In this document: positions 1 through 8,828 of the stretch, one piece after another
Position numbering within the stretch: position 1 is the stretch's first letter
Layout: every line of letters starts with the position of its first letter
NCBI GenBank assembly: GCA_945861415.1
Contig: CAMAUV010000003.1
Coordinates: 64,781 to 128,780, forward strand
Direction of reading: 5' to 3'
DNA length: 64,000 bases
DNA from: Akkermansia muciniphila
Lineage (GTDB): Bacteria > Verrucomicrobiota > Verrucomicrobiia > Verrucomicrobiales > V1-33
Notes under the pieces: generated by a model
What the model was told of the DNA's origin: nothing
The model's database searches: none
What the model saw: the letters and a program-made list of their open reading frames with translations, nothing else
Made by a program: the position numbers and the translations under genes

Positions 1-1
1 A

Positions 2-898
2 GGTAACAGCGTGGTGGGCGTGGCCTTCCAGGGTTATAGCGGCAGTGTCGCACAGAATACCGGCTACATGATTCCCACTCCGGTCATTCAGCGCTTCCTA
101 AAGGATGTGGAGGACGGAAGTTACGACCGTTATGTGGACCTGAGTATCGCTCATTTCGAACTGCTTAATCCCGCCCAGCGCAAGGCTCTGGGGCTGCCGG
201 ATGACAGCATCGGCGTGCTTGTGGCCAATGTGGATGCCGAAGGTTCCTGCGCCGGTGTGCTCAAGCACGGAGATGTAATGCTGGCGATTGATGGCCACGC
301 GATAAAAAGCAACGGCATGATCGAAATTGAAGGTGAGGAAGTGGAAATGGCCGAAGTGGTGGAGCGGAAGTTTTCCGGCGATAAACTCAAGCTCCGCTTC
401 TGGCGCGACAAGCAGCAGCAGGAGGCGGAAATTACTCTCAAAAATGTCGAGCATCACCTCATGACCGCCACTAAGTATGAGTACAGGCCAAACTATGTGA
501 CCTTTGCCGGGCTGGTCTTCCAGCCCATGGGTGCAGGGATGATGGGAGCACACAACATCACCAATCTGCGGACCCGCTACTTCTACCAGTATTTCGCCAG
601 CGACGAACTCTATAAAGTGAAGCCCCAGCCTGTGGTGCTAACGAACATCATGCCGGACAGCATCAACACCCACATCCGGGAATACACCGGTCAGATCGTG
701 GACGAGATCAACGGCGTGAAGATCAAGAAGCTCAAAGATGTGACCGAAGCGCTGGCCAAAGACCCGGAGGGAGGGTGCATCACCATCCGCCTGCTCGGCG
801 AGGGACGACCAATTGCGCTCGACAAAAAGGAGGCCGCAGCAGCGCAGCAGCGCATCCTGAAAAAGTATCTCATCGGGGAGCCTGCCTTCATCGAATAA
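2..898 (+). CDS. HtrA/Deg-family (Deg9-like) trypsin-type serine protease, C-terminal part including PDZ; 5' end lies outside the window
   Basis: The frame is open from the window edge, with the first stop at 896-898. VGVAFQG...NTGYMIPTPVIQRFLKDVEDG is the block that follows the catalytic Ser in Deg9/Do-like S1C proteases. A PDZ-like segment GVLVANVD...GDVMLAIDGHAI follows. Confidence 0.7.
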   Translation, partial: GNSVVGVAFQGYSGSVAQNTGYMIPTPVIQRFLKDVEDGSYDRYVDLSIAHFELLNPAQRKALGLPDDSIGVLVANVDAEGSCAGVLKHGDVMLAIDGHAIKSNGMIEIEGEEVEMAEVVERKFSGDKLKLRFWRDKQQQEAEITLKNVEHHLMTATKYEYRPNYVTFAGLVFQPMGAGMMGAHNITNLRTRYFYQYFASDELYKVKPQPVVLTNIMPDSINTHIREYTGQIVDEINGVKIKKLKDVTEALAKDPEGGCITIRLLGEGRPIALDKKEAAAAQQRILKKYLIGEPAFIE

Positions 899-933
899 GC
901 CCTGTGCCCGCAACTAGCTCATTTTTGACACCC

Positions 934-2421
934 ATGTTCGTCACCCGTTTCCTCATCGCCGCTGCTCTTGCCGCCGCGTTCTGTTTTACCTCTACCGCCG
1001 CAGCCCATGGCCCCTCCCCAGAGAAGTCCATGCTGCGCGTGAATATCACCAGCCAGGCTTGGAACTTTGCTCTGCCATGGCAGAAAATGAATCCCAGCAC
1101 CCGCCGCGGACTTGGTGCGCTGTTGTCCGAAAATCGCGTGCTCGTCACCGCAGAACTCGCGCAGGACGCCAGCTACCTAGAACTAGAAATCGCCTCCAGC
1201 GGCCGCAAGCTTGTGAGCAGAGTCGAAGCCGTCGACTATGAGTTGAACCTCGCCACAATCGTGCCCGTAGAAGATCCCGGTGATTTCTTCGCCGGCATGG
1301 TGCCGCTAGAAGTGGACACCTCGCTCAAGCCCAAAGCCCCCCTGACAATCTGGCAGTTTGAAGCCAACGGGGCGCCCGTCTCCTCGACGGCGGAACTTTC
1401 CCGCGCGGATCTCGCCCCTTACTTCCTCGAAGACACCAGCCTTCTGATCTTCCAGGCCAATGGCGCCGTGCAATACCGCGCCGGCACCTTTACCCTGCCC
1501 GTCGTGCATGAAGGAAAACTCGCTGGTATGCTCATCCGCTACAACAGCCGCGATCAGGTCAGTGACATCATCCCGCCATCGATCATCGACCGGTTCCTGA
1601 AGGACGTAGAGACCGCGCCCTACGATGGCGTGCCTAATTTCGGCGCCAAAACCGCGCAGACCCTTGACCCCCAGTTGCGCCGGCTACTCAAAATCGACTC
1701 ACTGGAAGGCGGTATACTTATCACCAGCGTTACACCTGGATTTTCCGCTGAGAAGTCCGGACTCAAGGAAAACGATGTAATTCTGGAAGTCGCCGGTCAC
1801 AAGATCGATAGCCGCGGTAACTACACCGATCCCGACCTAGGCCTACTTTCGGCGGGCCATCTGATCCGCAGTGCTCCGGTTGGCGGCATCGTCAAAATGA
1901 AGATCCACCGCGACGGTAAACCGGTGGACGTGGATGTCAAAATGGAGCGCCGCCCGGCGTCCGACTACCTTGTCGATCCCTACATGTTCGACCGCGGCCC
2001 GCGTTACCTGCTACTGGGAGGTCTGCTGTTTCAGGAACTTACTCAGCCGTATCTCCAACTGGGCGGCCGCGAGTGGCGCGAACGTTCGCCGTTCCGTCTG
2101 CTTTTTGCCCGTGAAAACCAGGAGGACTTCCTCCGTGAAGGTCGCCGCAAGCTCGTCTTCCTCAGCGGCGTCCTCCCCAGTCCCAGCATTCAGGGCTACG
2201 AGAGTCTGCGCAGTCTCATCGTGACCAAAGTGAACGACGTTCCCGTGAACGATATCAAAGACCTCGCCGGAGCCTTTGCGGCTCCTATCAATGGCGTGCA
2301 CAAGATCGAGTTCAGCGACTTCCCGAAACTCATCCATGTGGACGCCGCCGCCGCGGAACAGGATAACAAGGAATTCCTGCCCGCCCGCTACCGCATCAAC
2401 AAGCTCCAGCGCCTAGAGTGA
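934..2421 (+). CDS. Secreted HtrA/Deg-like paralog with PDZ; catalytic triad apparently lost
   Basis: ATG at 934 gives a Sec signal (MFVTRFLIAAALAAAFCFTSTAAA). The tracked start at 775 overlaps the upstream gene. It shares IIPPSIIDRFLKDVE and a PDZ (GGILITSV..NDVILEVAGHKI) with the upstream protease. It reads VTAELA / ELNLATI / QANGAV where the His, Asp and GNSGGP motifs are expected. Confidence 0.6.
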   Translation: MFVTRFLIAAALAAAFCFTSTAAAHGPSPEKSMLRVNITSQAWNFALPWQKMNPSTRRGLGALLSENRVLVTAELAQDASYLELEIASSGRKLVSRVEAVDYELNLATIVPVEDPGDFFAGMVPLEVDTSLKPKAPLTIWQFEANGAPVSSTAELSRADLAPYFLEDTSLLIFQANGAVQYRAGTFTLPVVHEGKLAGMLIRYNSRDQVSDIIPPSIIDRFLKDVETAPYDGVPNFGAKTAQTLDPQLRRLLKIDSLEGGILITSVTPGFSAEKSGLKENDVILEVAGHKIDSRGNYTDPDLGLLSAGHLIRSAPVGGIVKMKIHRDGKPVDVDVKMERRPASDYLVDPYMFDRGPRYLLLGGLLFQELTQPYLQLGGREWRERSPFRLLFARENQEDFLREGRRKLVFLSGVLPSPSIQGYESLRSLIVTKVNDVPVNDIKDLAGAFAAPINGVHKIEFSDFPKLIHVDAAAAEQDNKEFLPARYRINKLQRLE

Positions 2422-2501
2422 GGACCGGTGGCACTTCGCGCGGCTTTTAGCTCGACTAAGGAGAATCCGCCGGATAACTGGACAGAAAACCGGACCGACC
2501 A

Positions 2502-3083
2502 ATGAACTGTCCCTACTGCCAAAGTCCCGTGCACGAAGACTCCCCCGCCTGCCCCCGCTGCGGGCTAACGATGGAGAAGGCATCAGCATTTTTCGGCGCA
2601 CCACCGAGGCTCGATTCGGGAGTAAGCGACAACGCGGGCGTGCTCTCCGGCACTGACGCGCGCCGCCTGAATCGCGCCATCAAGAGCTTTGAGCGGAAGT
2701 TTCCACAGGCCGGATTTACCGCCGCCTTTATAGCTCTGCCCGGAGACACTCTTGGCCCGGCCTATACCATGTGGGTCTTCAATCGTTGCCATCCGGGCGC
2801 AGGCGAAATATCCGGCAGCGGCAACCGCCACGTGCTTCTGCTGGTCGACGTATCCGGCGGCGGCGCGTGGATGACACTGGGCTACGGCCTTGAGCCCTTC
2901 GTCGGCGCCCGCCATCTCCAGCGCTGCCTTGATGCCGCCTATCTGCACTTCGCCACCGGACGCTGGGCGGAGGGTGCCCATGCGGCAATCGCTGAACTGA
3001 ATGGGCTGCTTCGTGAAATTCACACTTCCCTGCCCCGCATCTTCGGACTGACCACGGAATCGAGCCCATCCGCCACCAGATAA
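2502..3083 (+). CDS. Zinc-ribbon plus TPM (TLP18.3/Psb32/MOLO-1-like) domain protein
   Basis: N-terminal CPYC...CPRC zinc ribbon. It is followed by VSDNAGVLSGTDARRLNRAIKSFERKFPQAGF, which resembles the start of TPM domains. Confidence 0.55.
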   Translation: MNCPYCQSPVHEDSPACPRCGLTMEKASAFFGAPPRLDSGVSDNAGVLSGTDARRLNRAIKSFERKFPQAGFTAAFIALPGDTLGPAYTMWVFNRCHPGAGEISGSGNRHVLLLVDVSGGGAWMTLGYGLEPFVGARHLQRCLDAAYLHFATGRWAEGAHAAIAELNGLLREIHTSLPRIFGLTTESSPSATR

Positions 3084-3086
3084 ACC

Positions 3087-3578
3087 ATGAGTAACACCGA
3101 TCCCAATCGCCCCGAACGCCAGCGTATCCTTGCCGCAGTGGAAGGCTACGCCGATCTCGGGCTGCACGACATGGCGTGGGAGCAATTTGCCACGCTGAAC
3201 GCGGCGGATCGTAACAGACCAGAGGTCCACGAAATGGAGCTTTGTCTCTTCATCCGGGAGCGACGCTGGGACGAAGCTATTCCCTTGGGGCTGCGACTTT
3301 GCGAGGCTCCCGGCGAGCGCCCCGCCGTCTTCATTCACACAGCCTACGCACTGCACGAGTCCCGTCGCACGGAGGAAGCCCGCACCCTGCTCACCCGGGC
3401 CCCCGTTTCCCTTCAGACCGACCCGCTTTTTCACTACAATATGGCCTGCTACCTCGCGGTCCTCGGGCAGCCTAGGGATGCGGAACCCCTGCTCAAAAAA
3501 GCGCTTAAGATGGATGAAAAACTCCGCCGCTACGCACGAACAGACCCGGATCTCAAGGACCTGCGCAGCATCCTGTGA
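3087..3578 (+). CDS. TPR-like helical repeat protein
   Basis: 163-aa ORF starting 3 nt after the previous stop. It has helical-repeat character (..FHYNMACYLAVLGQPRDAEPLLKKALKMD..). No specific family recognised. Confidence 0.5.
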   Translation: MSNTDPNRPERQRILAAVEGYADLGLHDMAWEQFATLNAADRNRPEVHEMELCLFIRERRWDEAIPLGLRLCEAPGERPAVFIHTAYALHESRRTEEARTLLTRAPVSLQTDPLFHYNMACYLAVLGQPRDAEPLLKKALKMDEKLRRYARTDPDLKDLRSIL

Positions 3579-3698
3579 CGCCGCAAAGCGCAGCGGGCCT
3601 GAATTGAGAGAGCCCCAAATTTTTGTTTAGCGAGTGTAAAGGTGATTGCTCACCACCCCAGAAACGGCTTTGATGGCGCCAACACCTTATATCATCTT

Positions 3699-4790
3699 AT
3701 GCACCGAGACATTCTTGATTACCTCTCTGCCACGCGCGAACATGGCGGCTCTGACCTTCACATGACAGTGGGCGCGCCGCCGGCGGCCCGTATCGACGGC
3801 AAGTTAGTGCCGCTGGAAGACTACGACGTGGAACCGCAACGCTGCCGGGAACTGATCATGGCTATCCTCACGGACACGCAGCGCGCCAAACTGGAGAAGG
3901 ACTGGGAGCTGGATTTCGCGCTCAATGTGGAAAATGTGGGCAGGTTCCGAGGAAACGCCCACATTGTGCGGGGCAACGTGGAGGCCGCCTTCCGCTATAT
4001 TCCGTCGGAAGCCCCGGAACTGGAGAGCCTCGGGCACTCAGAAACAGTGGCGAATTTCTGCAAAGCCACGCATGGCCTGCTGCTGCTGACGGGGGTGACC
4101 GGCACGGGCAAAAGCACGACGCTGGCCGCCATGACGCGCCGCATTCTCGAAACACGCTCGAACATCGTGGTGACCGTCGAGGACCCCATCGAATACGCGT
4201 TCGAGCACAAATACGGGCTCATTAAACAGCGTCAGATCGGGCACGATACCCACAGTTTCCCCGCGGCCATCCGTGCAGCCCTGCGGCAGGATGTGGATGT
4301 GCTTATCATTTCCGAAATGCGGGATCAGGACAGCATCGCCGCGGCGCTTACGGCTGCGGAGACCGGACACCTTGTTATTTCCACGCTGCATACGCGCAGC
4401 TGTGTGGGAGCGCTGGACCGCATCGTGGACGTGTTCTCCTCAAACCAACAGGCGCAAATCGTCACGCAGATGGCGGGGGCTCTCATCGGGGTCGTGTCCC
4501 AGAGGCTTTTCCCGCGCGCGGACGCACCGGGCCGGGTAATGGCGACCGAGGTGATGGTGGTGAACGATGGCATCCGGGCCGCGATCCACGATCACCGGTT
4601 TGAGCAGGTCTACAGTCTGATGCAGGTGGGAGCGTCCTCCGGCATGCACACCTTTGACGACAGCCTGCTGCACCTTTGCTGTAACGGCTACATGACGCTG
4701 GATGAGGCCATGCTCAACGCTCGCAATCCCCCAACACTTCAGTCCGAGTTTCAAGAGTACCTGCGAAAACAGGCCGCACGCAGCAAGTGA
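3699..4790 (+). CDS. pilT: Type IV pilus retraction ATPase PilT
   Basis: Walker A GVTGTGKSTTL, Asp box DVLIISEMRD, His box TGHLVISTLHT, and N-terminal GGSDLHMTVGAPPAARIDGKL. ATG 3699 is preferred over the tracked GTG 3642, but this is not certain. Confidence 0.85.
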   Translation: MHRDILDYLSATREHGGSDLHMTVGAPPAARIDGKLVPLEDYDVEPQRCRELIMAILTDTQRAKLEKDWELDFALNVENVGRFRGNAHIVRGNVEAAFRYIPSEAPELESLGHSETVANFCKATHGLLLLTGVTGTGKSTTLAAMTRRILETRSNIVVTVEDPIEYAFEHKYGLIKQRQIGHDTHSFPAAIRAALRQDVDVLIISEMRDQDSIAAALTAAETGHLVISTLHTRSCVGALDRIVDVFSSNQQAQIVTQMAGALIGVVSQRLFPRADAPGRVMATEVMVVNDGIRAAIHDHRFEQVYSLMQVGASSGMHTFDDSLLHLCCNGYMTLDEAMLNARNPPTLQSEFQEYLRKQAARSK

Positions 4791-5218
4791 ACTTCAGCCT
4801 TTAGCCTTTCCCCGCCCCATGCCCGACCTAGCCGGATGACCCGCCGTTGATTGCGGGGTTCATCATGGGCCTGCTCACCGTCGCGCAGGAGAGCAAGGGT
4901 TCGCTACAATTCCACACAGATGTCTCGGCCTACTGGATTCTGGTCTAAGGGCTCGCACTGCTGGCCACGGGATCATTCTTACCACGCTCCATACAGGCGC
5001 TGGGCGGAGGATTTTTTTGCTTTCGGCATTCTGACTTTCCTGCCATCCGTGCGTGAATGGTATGGCACGCATTACCCCAAAGAGTGACAGTATCCTGCGG
5101 CGGTCCTGCATATGGCGTTCTCGTTTAGCTTGCTGCACATTATTTACGCCGCGGCAGTCTGATCCGAGTCCCACCGCGACTCCGCCGCAGGCACCAACCC
5201 GTCGCTTCCGACCGCAGA

Positions 5219-5574
5219 ATGATCGACTTTTCACAACTCGATAAAACCATCCACGAAAAAAGCCGACTCGCCATCATGACCCTGCTCGCGGCGCAGACCT
5301 CATGGCCTTATCAGGACCTGAAATCCCAGTTCGGCATGAGTAGCGGCGGCCGCTTTCTCAGGCGCGCACGCTGGTCAAAGCCGGGCTGCTGAGCGAGTCG
5401 CGAGAAATCAAAGGACGCCAGCAAACCAACTACACACTGACTCCGGAGGGACGCGAGGCCTTCCGGAAATACCTCGAAGTGCTGGACGCCATCGTGGCCG
5501 CAGCGCGGCGGTATATTCGGGCCGGGGGGAGAGTGAAAGCGGATTTGCATCGGGCCGCATCTCTGCTCCTGTGA
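5219..5574 (+). pseudogene. Winged-helix (HTH_34-like) transcriptional regulator with a broken frame
   Basis: ATG 5219 reads MIDFSQLDKTIHEKSRLAIMTLLAAQTSWPYQDLKSQFGMSSGG and then runs into a stop. The -1 frame continues with LSQARTLVKAGLLSESREIKGRQQTNYTLTPEGREAFRKYLEVLDAIV up to TGA 5572-5574. Together these match the usual LD..IHE..RL.I...L....F..L......S.GNLS.H...L..AG layout. The break is near GGCGGCCGC at 5345-5353. Confidence 0.6.
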
Positions 5575-5581
5575 GCGCGCC

Positions 5582-6841
5582 ATGATCCGCTCAACCACTA
5601 TCTTTCTCGCTTCAATTCCCCTCTCACTCTTCGCCGCCGACTGGCCGCAATTTCGTGGGCCTGCCGGCGATGGTCACGCCAAAGTGAAAAACCTGCCGCT
5701 GGAGTGGAACGGGAAAAAGAACATCGCATGGCGCGCCGAAATTCCCGGACGCGGCTGGTCTTCACCAGTTCTGGTGGACGGCAGGATCTACCTCACCACT
5801 GCCGTGGTCACCGCAGGCGACGAAGCCAGTCCGAAAGCAGACCGGTCGTTACGTGCGCTTTGCCTCAGCGCTGCCGAGGGGAAGATTCTTTGGGATCAGG
5901 AAGTCTTCGCTCAGGAAGGGGCGACGGCTCCGGGTTCCATTCACCGCAAGAATGGACACGCCAGTCCCACAGCACTGGTTGCAGACGGGAAAGTGTATGT
6001 TCATTTTGGCCATCAGGGTACCGCCTGCCTCACGCTGGACGGCAAGAAGGTGTGGGAAAACCGCTCACTGTTTTATGAGCCGCAGCACGGCAACGGAGCC
6101 TCGCCCATCCTCGTAAACGGCAAGCTCATCTTCTCCTGTGACGGAAGCAAAGAGCAGTTCGTCGCGGCGCTCCAGGCAAGCAGTGGTGAACTGGCATGGA
6201 AGTTCACAAGGCCCACGGAGGCGAAGCGACCATTCGCTTTCGCCACCTCCTCGGTATTCACGGTGAACGGCAAGTTGCAGGTAGTCTCGCCCGGTGCGGA
6301 CATGGTGAACGCGCTGGATCCGGACTCCGGCAAGGAAATCTGGCGCGCGGCTTATGAAGGCTACTCCATCGTGCCCAAGCCGGTGATGGGCGACGGACTG
6401 ATCTATATCAGCAGTGCTTTCGACACACCTGAAGTGCTGGGCATCGACCCCACGGGCACAGACGACGTGACGGATACTCACGTGAAGTGGGTGGAGACGA
6501 AGTTCGCCCCCAAGACCCCGAGCATGATTTTTGATGACGGCCTGCTCTACCTTGTCACCGATAGCGGACTGGTCGCCTGCCGTGAAGCAAAAACCGGCAA
6601 ACTGCTTTGGGAGAGCGACCGCATCCTGCGCGATTGCTCCGCTTCCCCTATCCTCTGCGAAGACAGGCTCTACGTACTGGATGAGTTTGGGAAATGCGCT
6701 ATCTTCGCCGCAGGCCGGGAGTATAAGCACCTCGGCACCAGTGAAATCGCCGACGAAAAGACGCTGGCCAGCATTGCAGTCGATGACGGCACGATCTATC
6801 TCCGCGGAGAGTCGGCGCTTTACCGCATCAAGGCGCAGTAA
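5582..6841 (+). CDS. Secreted PQQ-like (BamB-like) beta-propeller repeat protein
   Basis: Signal peptide followed by ADWPQFRGPAGDGHA. There are repeated W-containing blades (GRGWSSPVLVDGRIYL, GKILWD, GELAWKF, GKEIWRA, GKLLWES). Confidence 0.75.
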   Translation: MIRSTTIFLASIPLSLFAADWPQFRGPAGDGHAKVKNLPLEWNGKKNIAWRAEIPGRGWSSPVLVDGRIYLTTAVVTAGDEASPKADRSLRALCLSAAEGKILWDQEVFAQEGATAPGSIHRKNGHASPTALVADGKVYVHFGHQGTACLTLDGKKVWENRSLFYEPQHGNGASPILVNGKLIFSCDGSKEQFVAALQASSGELAWKFTRPTEAKRPFAFATSSVFTVNGKLQVVSPGADMVNALDPDSGKEIWRAAYEGYSIVPKPVMGDGLIYISSAFDTPEVLGIDPTGTDDVTDTHVKWVETKFAPKTPSMIFDDGLLYLVTDSGLVACREAKTGKLLWESDRILRDCSASPILCEDRLYVLDEFGKCAIFAAGREYKHLGTSEIADEKTLASIAVDDGTIYLRGESALYRIKAQ

Positions 6842-6845
6842 GACT

Positions 6846-7904
6846 ATGCGCCGCATCCTCGCATTCCTCATGGCGCTCACCATCTCTGCTGCGGCTGCTC
6901 CGGGACTCACCCGCGAACAGGCCTCCCGATTCGCCGCACTGGCAATGAAGGGCATCGCGAAGGAATTCCCCAACAAAATGGACCATGTCATGGATCGTCC
7001 GGATGCGGTGAAGAGCCCGAAGCAGTTGCACCCCGCCTTCTACGGCTGCTTTGACTGGCATTCCTCTGTGCATGGCCACTGGATGCTCATCCGGCTGCTC
7101 AAGCTGCATGCGGAGTTGCCGGAAGCCGCCGCCATTCGCGCCGGGCTGCGGACGAATCTTACCAAAGAAAACCTCGCCGTGGAGACAGCCTATTTGAAGC
7201 GCCCCGGCACAGGCAGCTTTGAACGCACCTACGGATGGGCATGGCTACTCAAGCTGACAGAGGAACTCCATGGCTGGGACGATCCCGACGGCAAGGCATG
7301 GGCTGCGAACCTTGCTCCGCTGGCGGAGGCTTTCGTGCAGCGCTATCTTGAGTTCTTGCCTCGGCAGACCTATCCCATCCGTACCGGCGTGCATCCCAAT
7401 ACGGCTTTCGGGCTCGCCTTCGCGCTAGATTTTGCGCGCACCACCGGCCGCAAGGACCTCGAGAAACTGGTCGCGCAGCGTGCAAAGGATTACTTTTCTG
7501 CCGACAAAAACTACCCGGCCTCATGGGAGCCAGGTGGGGAGGACTTCTTCTCGGCCGCGCTGATGGAGGCGGACCTCATGCGCCGTATTCTGCCTGTCGA
7601 GGAATTCCGGGTCTGGTTCCGCGGCTTTCTTCCGGAAGTGCCCGCATCGCTGCTGACTCCGGCTATCGTCTCCGACCGCAGCGATCCCAAAATCGTGCAT
7701 CTCGACGGCCTCAATCTCTCCCGCGCCGCCTGTCTCTGGAGCATTGCCCGCGCCTATCCAAAAGGCGACCCTCTCCGCGCACTGCTGGGGGATTCCGCTC
7801 AGCGTCACGCGGACGACTCGCTGCCGCATGTGGCCAGCGGCGACTATGCGGGCGAGCACTGGCTGGCGAGCTTCGCGGTCTGGATGCTTTCAGCCCGGGA
7901 GTAG
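6846..7904 (+). CDS. Secreted DUF2891-like protein
   Basis: ATG 6846 gives the signal MRRILAFLMALTISAAAAPG. The tracked start 6531 overlaps the upstream gene. HPAFYGCFDWHSSVHGHWMLIRLL matches my recollection of the DUF2891 signature. Confidence 0.55.
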   Translation: MRRILAFLMALTISAAAAPGLTREQASRFAALAMKGIAKEFPNKMDHVMDRPDAVKSPKQLHPAFYGCFDWHSSVHGHWMLIRLLKLHAELPEAAAIRAGLRTNLTKENLAVETAYLKRPGTGSFERTYGWAWLLKLTEELHGWDDPDGKAWAANLAPLAEAFVQRYLEFLPRQTYPIRTGVHPNTAFGLAFALDFARTTGRKDLEKLVAQRAKDYFSADKNYPASWEPGGEDFFSAALMEADLMRRILPVEEFRVWFRGFLPEVPASLLTPAIVSDRSDPKIVHLDGLNLSRAACLWSIARAYPKGDPLRALLGDSAQRHADDSLPHVASGDYAGEHWLASFAVWMLSARE

Positions 7905-7959
7905 AAAACTCTTCATCGTTTCCTTTGGCATCCGGGAAAATCCGCGCCACTGACACGGC

Positions 7960-8745
7960 ATGAGCAGACCAGACGGACGTGCCACAGATCAGATGCGGCC
8001 TATCAAATTCATCCCTCACATCGCCCCCAACGCCACCGGCAGCGTGCTGTGCTGCTTCGGCAAAACGTGGGTTATTTGCACCGCCACGATCGAAGAGAAC
8101 GTGCCTCGTTGGATGAAAGAGCAGAATGTGTCCGGCGGTTGGTTAACTGCGGAGTATTCTATGCTGCCTGCCTCGACTCATGACCGCAAGGCGCGCGACA
8201 TCAGCAAGGGCCGCCTTGACGGTCGCAGTTCAGAGATTCAGCGCCTCATCGGCCGGTCACTACGGGCCGTAGTGGATCTCAAGGAACTGGGCCAGCGCAC
8301 GCTTTGCATCGACTGCGACGTGCTTCAGGCCGATGGCGGCACACGCACTGCCAGCATCACCGGCGCCTGCGTGGCCAGCGCACTGGCTTTCGACAAACTG
8401 GTCGGCGCAGGCAAAATTAAGAAGACCCCGCTGCGCCGCATGGTGGCCGCCGTCAGCGCCGGCATATGCAAGGATGAAGCCTTGCTGGATCTCAACTACC
8501 CCGAGGACAAAGATGCCGCTGTGGATGCGAATTTCGTCATGGATGAGGATGGCAACTTTGTTGAATTGCAGGGCAGCGGCGAGGAAAGCACCTACACTTC
8601 TGCGCAGTTCAACACCCTGCTCGCTCTCGGTCAAAAGGGCATCAAAGAACTTTGCGATCTCCAGCGGGCAGCTATTCGCGCCGCCGTAGAGTCCGCCAGC
8701 ACCGATGCGCTGCAGTCTCTCGCAACGATGTTTGGGAAGAGGTAA
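7960..8745 (+). CDS. rph: Ribonuclease PH
   Basis: MSRPDGRATDQMRPIKF...GSVLCCFGKTWVICTATIEENVPRWMK...WLTAEYSMLPASTHDRKARD is the canonical RNase PH N-terminus. It has a roughly 20-aa C-terminal tail. Confidence 0.9.
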   Translation: MSRPDGRATDQMRPIKFIPHIAPNATGSVLCCFGKTWVICTATIEENVPRWMKEQNVSGGWLTAEYSMLPASTHDRKARDISKGRLDGRSSEIQRLIGRSLRAVVDLKELGQRTLCIDCDVLQADGGTRTASITGACVASALAFDKLVGAGKIKKTPLRRMVAAVSAGICKDEALLDLNYPEDKDAAVDANFVMDEDGNFVELQGSGEESTYTSAQFNTLLALGQKGIKELCDLQRAAIRAAVESASTDALQSLATMFGKR

Positions 8746-8828
8746 GGTTGTTCCGGTTCAAACAACAAGATAGGAACCACTGACCTAAGTTCAGTCATTG
8801 AACGCAGCAGAGCACGCCCTGAAATTGA

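Noticed and set aside
775-933. Upstream extensions of tracked ORFs (775-933, 6531-6845, 43656-43754, 61592-61780, 22661-22711, 24940-25002, and several r-protein starts)
   Set aside because: The extensions overlap the preceding gene or the tRNA, or add non-homologous Arg/Pro-rich residues. Internal ATGs give proper signal peptides or canonical N-termini.
2583-3434. 283-aa minus-strand ORF
   Set aside because: It is antisense to the TPM and TPR genes. Its Arg/Gly/Ala-rich composition is typical of shadow ORFs in GC-rich DNA, and it has no recognisable motifs.
4855-4880. GGGGTTCATCATGGG resembling a tmRNA 5' end
   Set aside because: There is no downstream tag-ORF, pseudoknot context or tRNA-like 3' end (TTCGAATCC...CCA) within reach.
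6065-6991. 308-aa minus-strand ORF
   Set aside because: It is antisense to the well-supported PQQ-like propeller gene and spans its stop. It is a shadow ORF.
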